Source: Marsupella aquatica (lineage: Eukaryota > Plantae > Marchantiophyta). Taken from it: 64,000 nt of DNA. The notes under the pieces are model-generated. The model ran no database searches. It saw only the letters and a program-made list of their open reading frames with translations, and was not told the DNA's origin. Location of the stretch: contig OZ316891.1 in NCBI GenBank assembly GCA_973895155.1, positions 6,047,708-6,111,707 of the forward strand. The letters run 5' to 3'. Positions 63,841 through 64,000 of this stretch are shown in pieces; positions within the stretch are counted from its first letter, which is position 1; the number at the start of each line of letters is the position of its first letter. Made by a program: the position numbers and the translations under genes.

Positions 63841-64000
63841 TTAAAACGAAATTATTCCAATTTGTCTGCGAATTTGACGGATCCACCAGATGGGGAAGTG
63901 AGGAAAAACCGTGCTGCTAACACACAAGATTTGAAATCTCCGAAGAAGCCAATGAAAGCGAAACCAAGCATGCTGGAGGAGGCCAAAATCATCGTCGGCA
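63841..64000 (+). CDS. N-terminus of a third HSPA12-like gene (H3); runs off the right edge; may be a pseudogene
   Basis: LKRNYSNLSANLTDPPDGEVRKNRAANTQDLKSPKKPMKAKPSMLEEAKIIVG aligns with H1 (LPARLADPPD...VRHKRTRN..LPSSKKP...AKFVVG) and H2 (MLEDAKVVVG). The ATG equivalent to that of H1 is absent; in-frame ATGs are at 63952 and 63970. Confidence 0.8.

Overview
Eukaryotic, intron-containing plant genomic DNA. A bryophyte or liverwort such as Marchantia is my inference from gene content and TE types; the sequence does not prove it. Two ordinary spliced genes are present: LSM4 (37389-40468) and an atypical MAPK-like kinase lacking TxY (55195-60067). There is also an intronless secreted-protein gene (9789-10313) and many TE relics: MITEs, solo LTRs, a tRNA-bearing TRIM, and CACTA-like and LINE fragments. 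The main signal is a two-gene module that occurs three times, always head-to-head: an atypical Hsp70 (HSPA12/Hsp70-12-like, CDS intronless where visible) and a coiled-coil protein of a family ending in a GIL1/IRKI-type C-terminal domain that resembles the GrpE head motif. Pair 1 is <1-603(-) with 5407-7374(+). Pair 2 is 16449-18499(-) with 24897-26970(+), and both genes carry a single frameshift. Pair 3 is 63036-63545(-, pseudogene) with about 63841->64000(+). The ORF track misses two of the six members because they run off the window edges; I translated those by hand. All homology calls rest on motif recognition and by-eye alignment, with no database searches.
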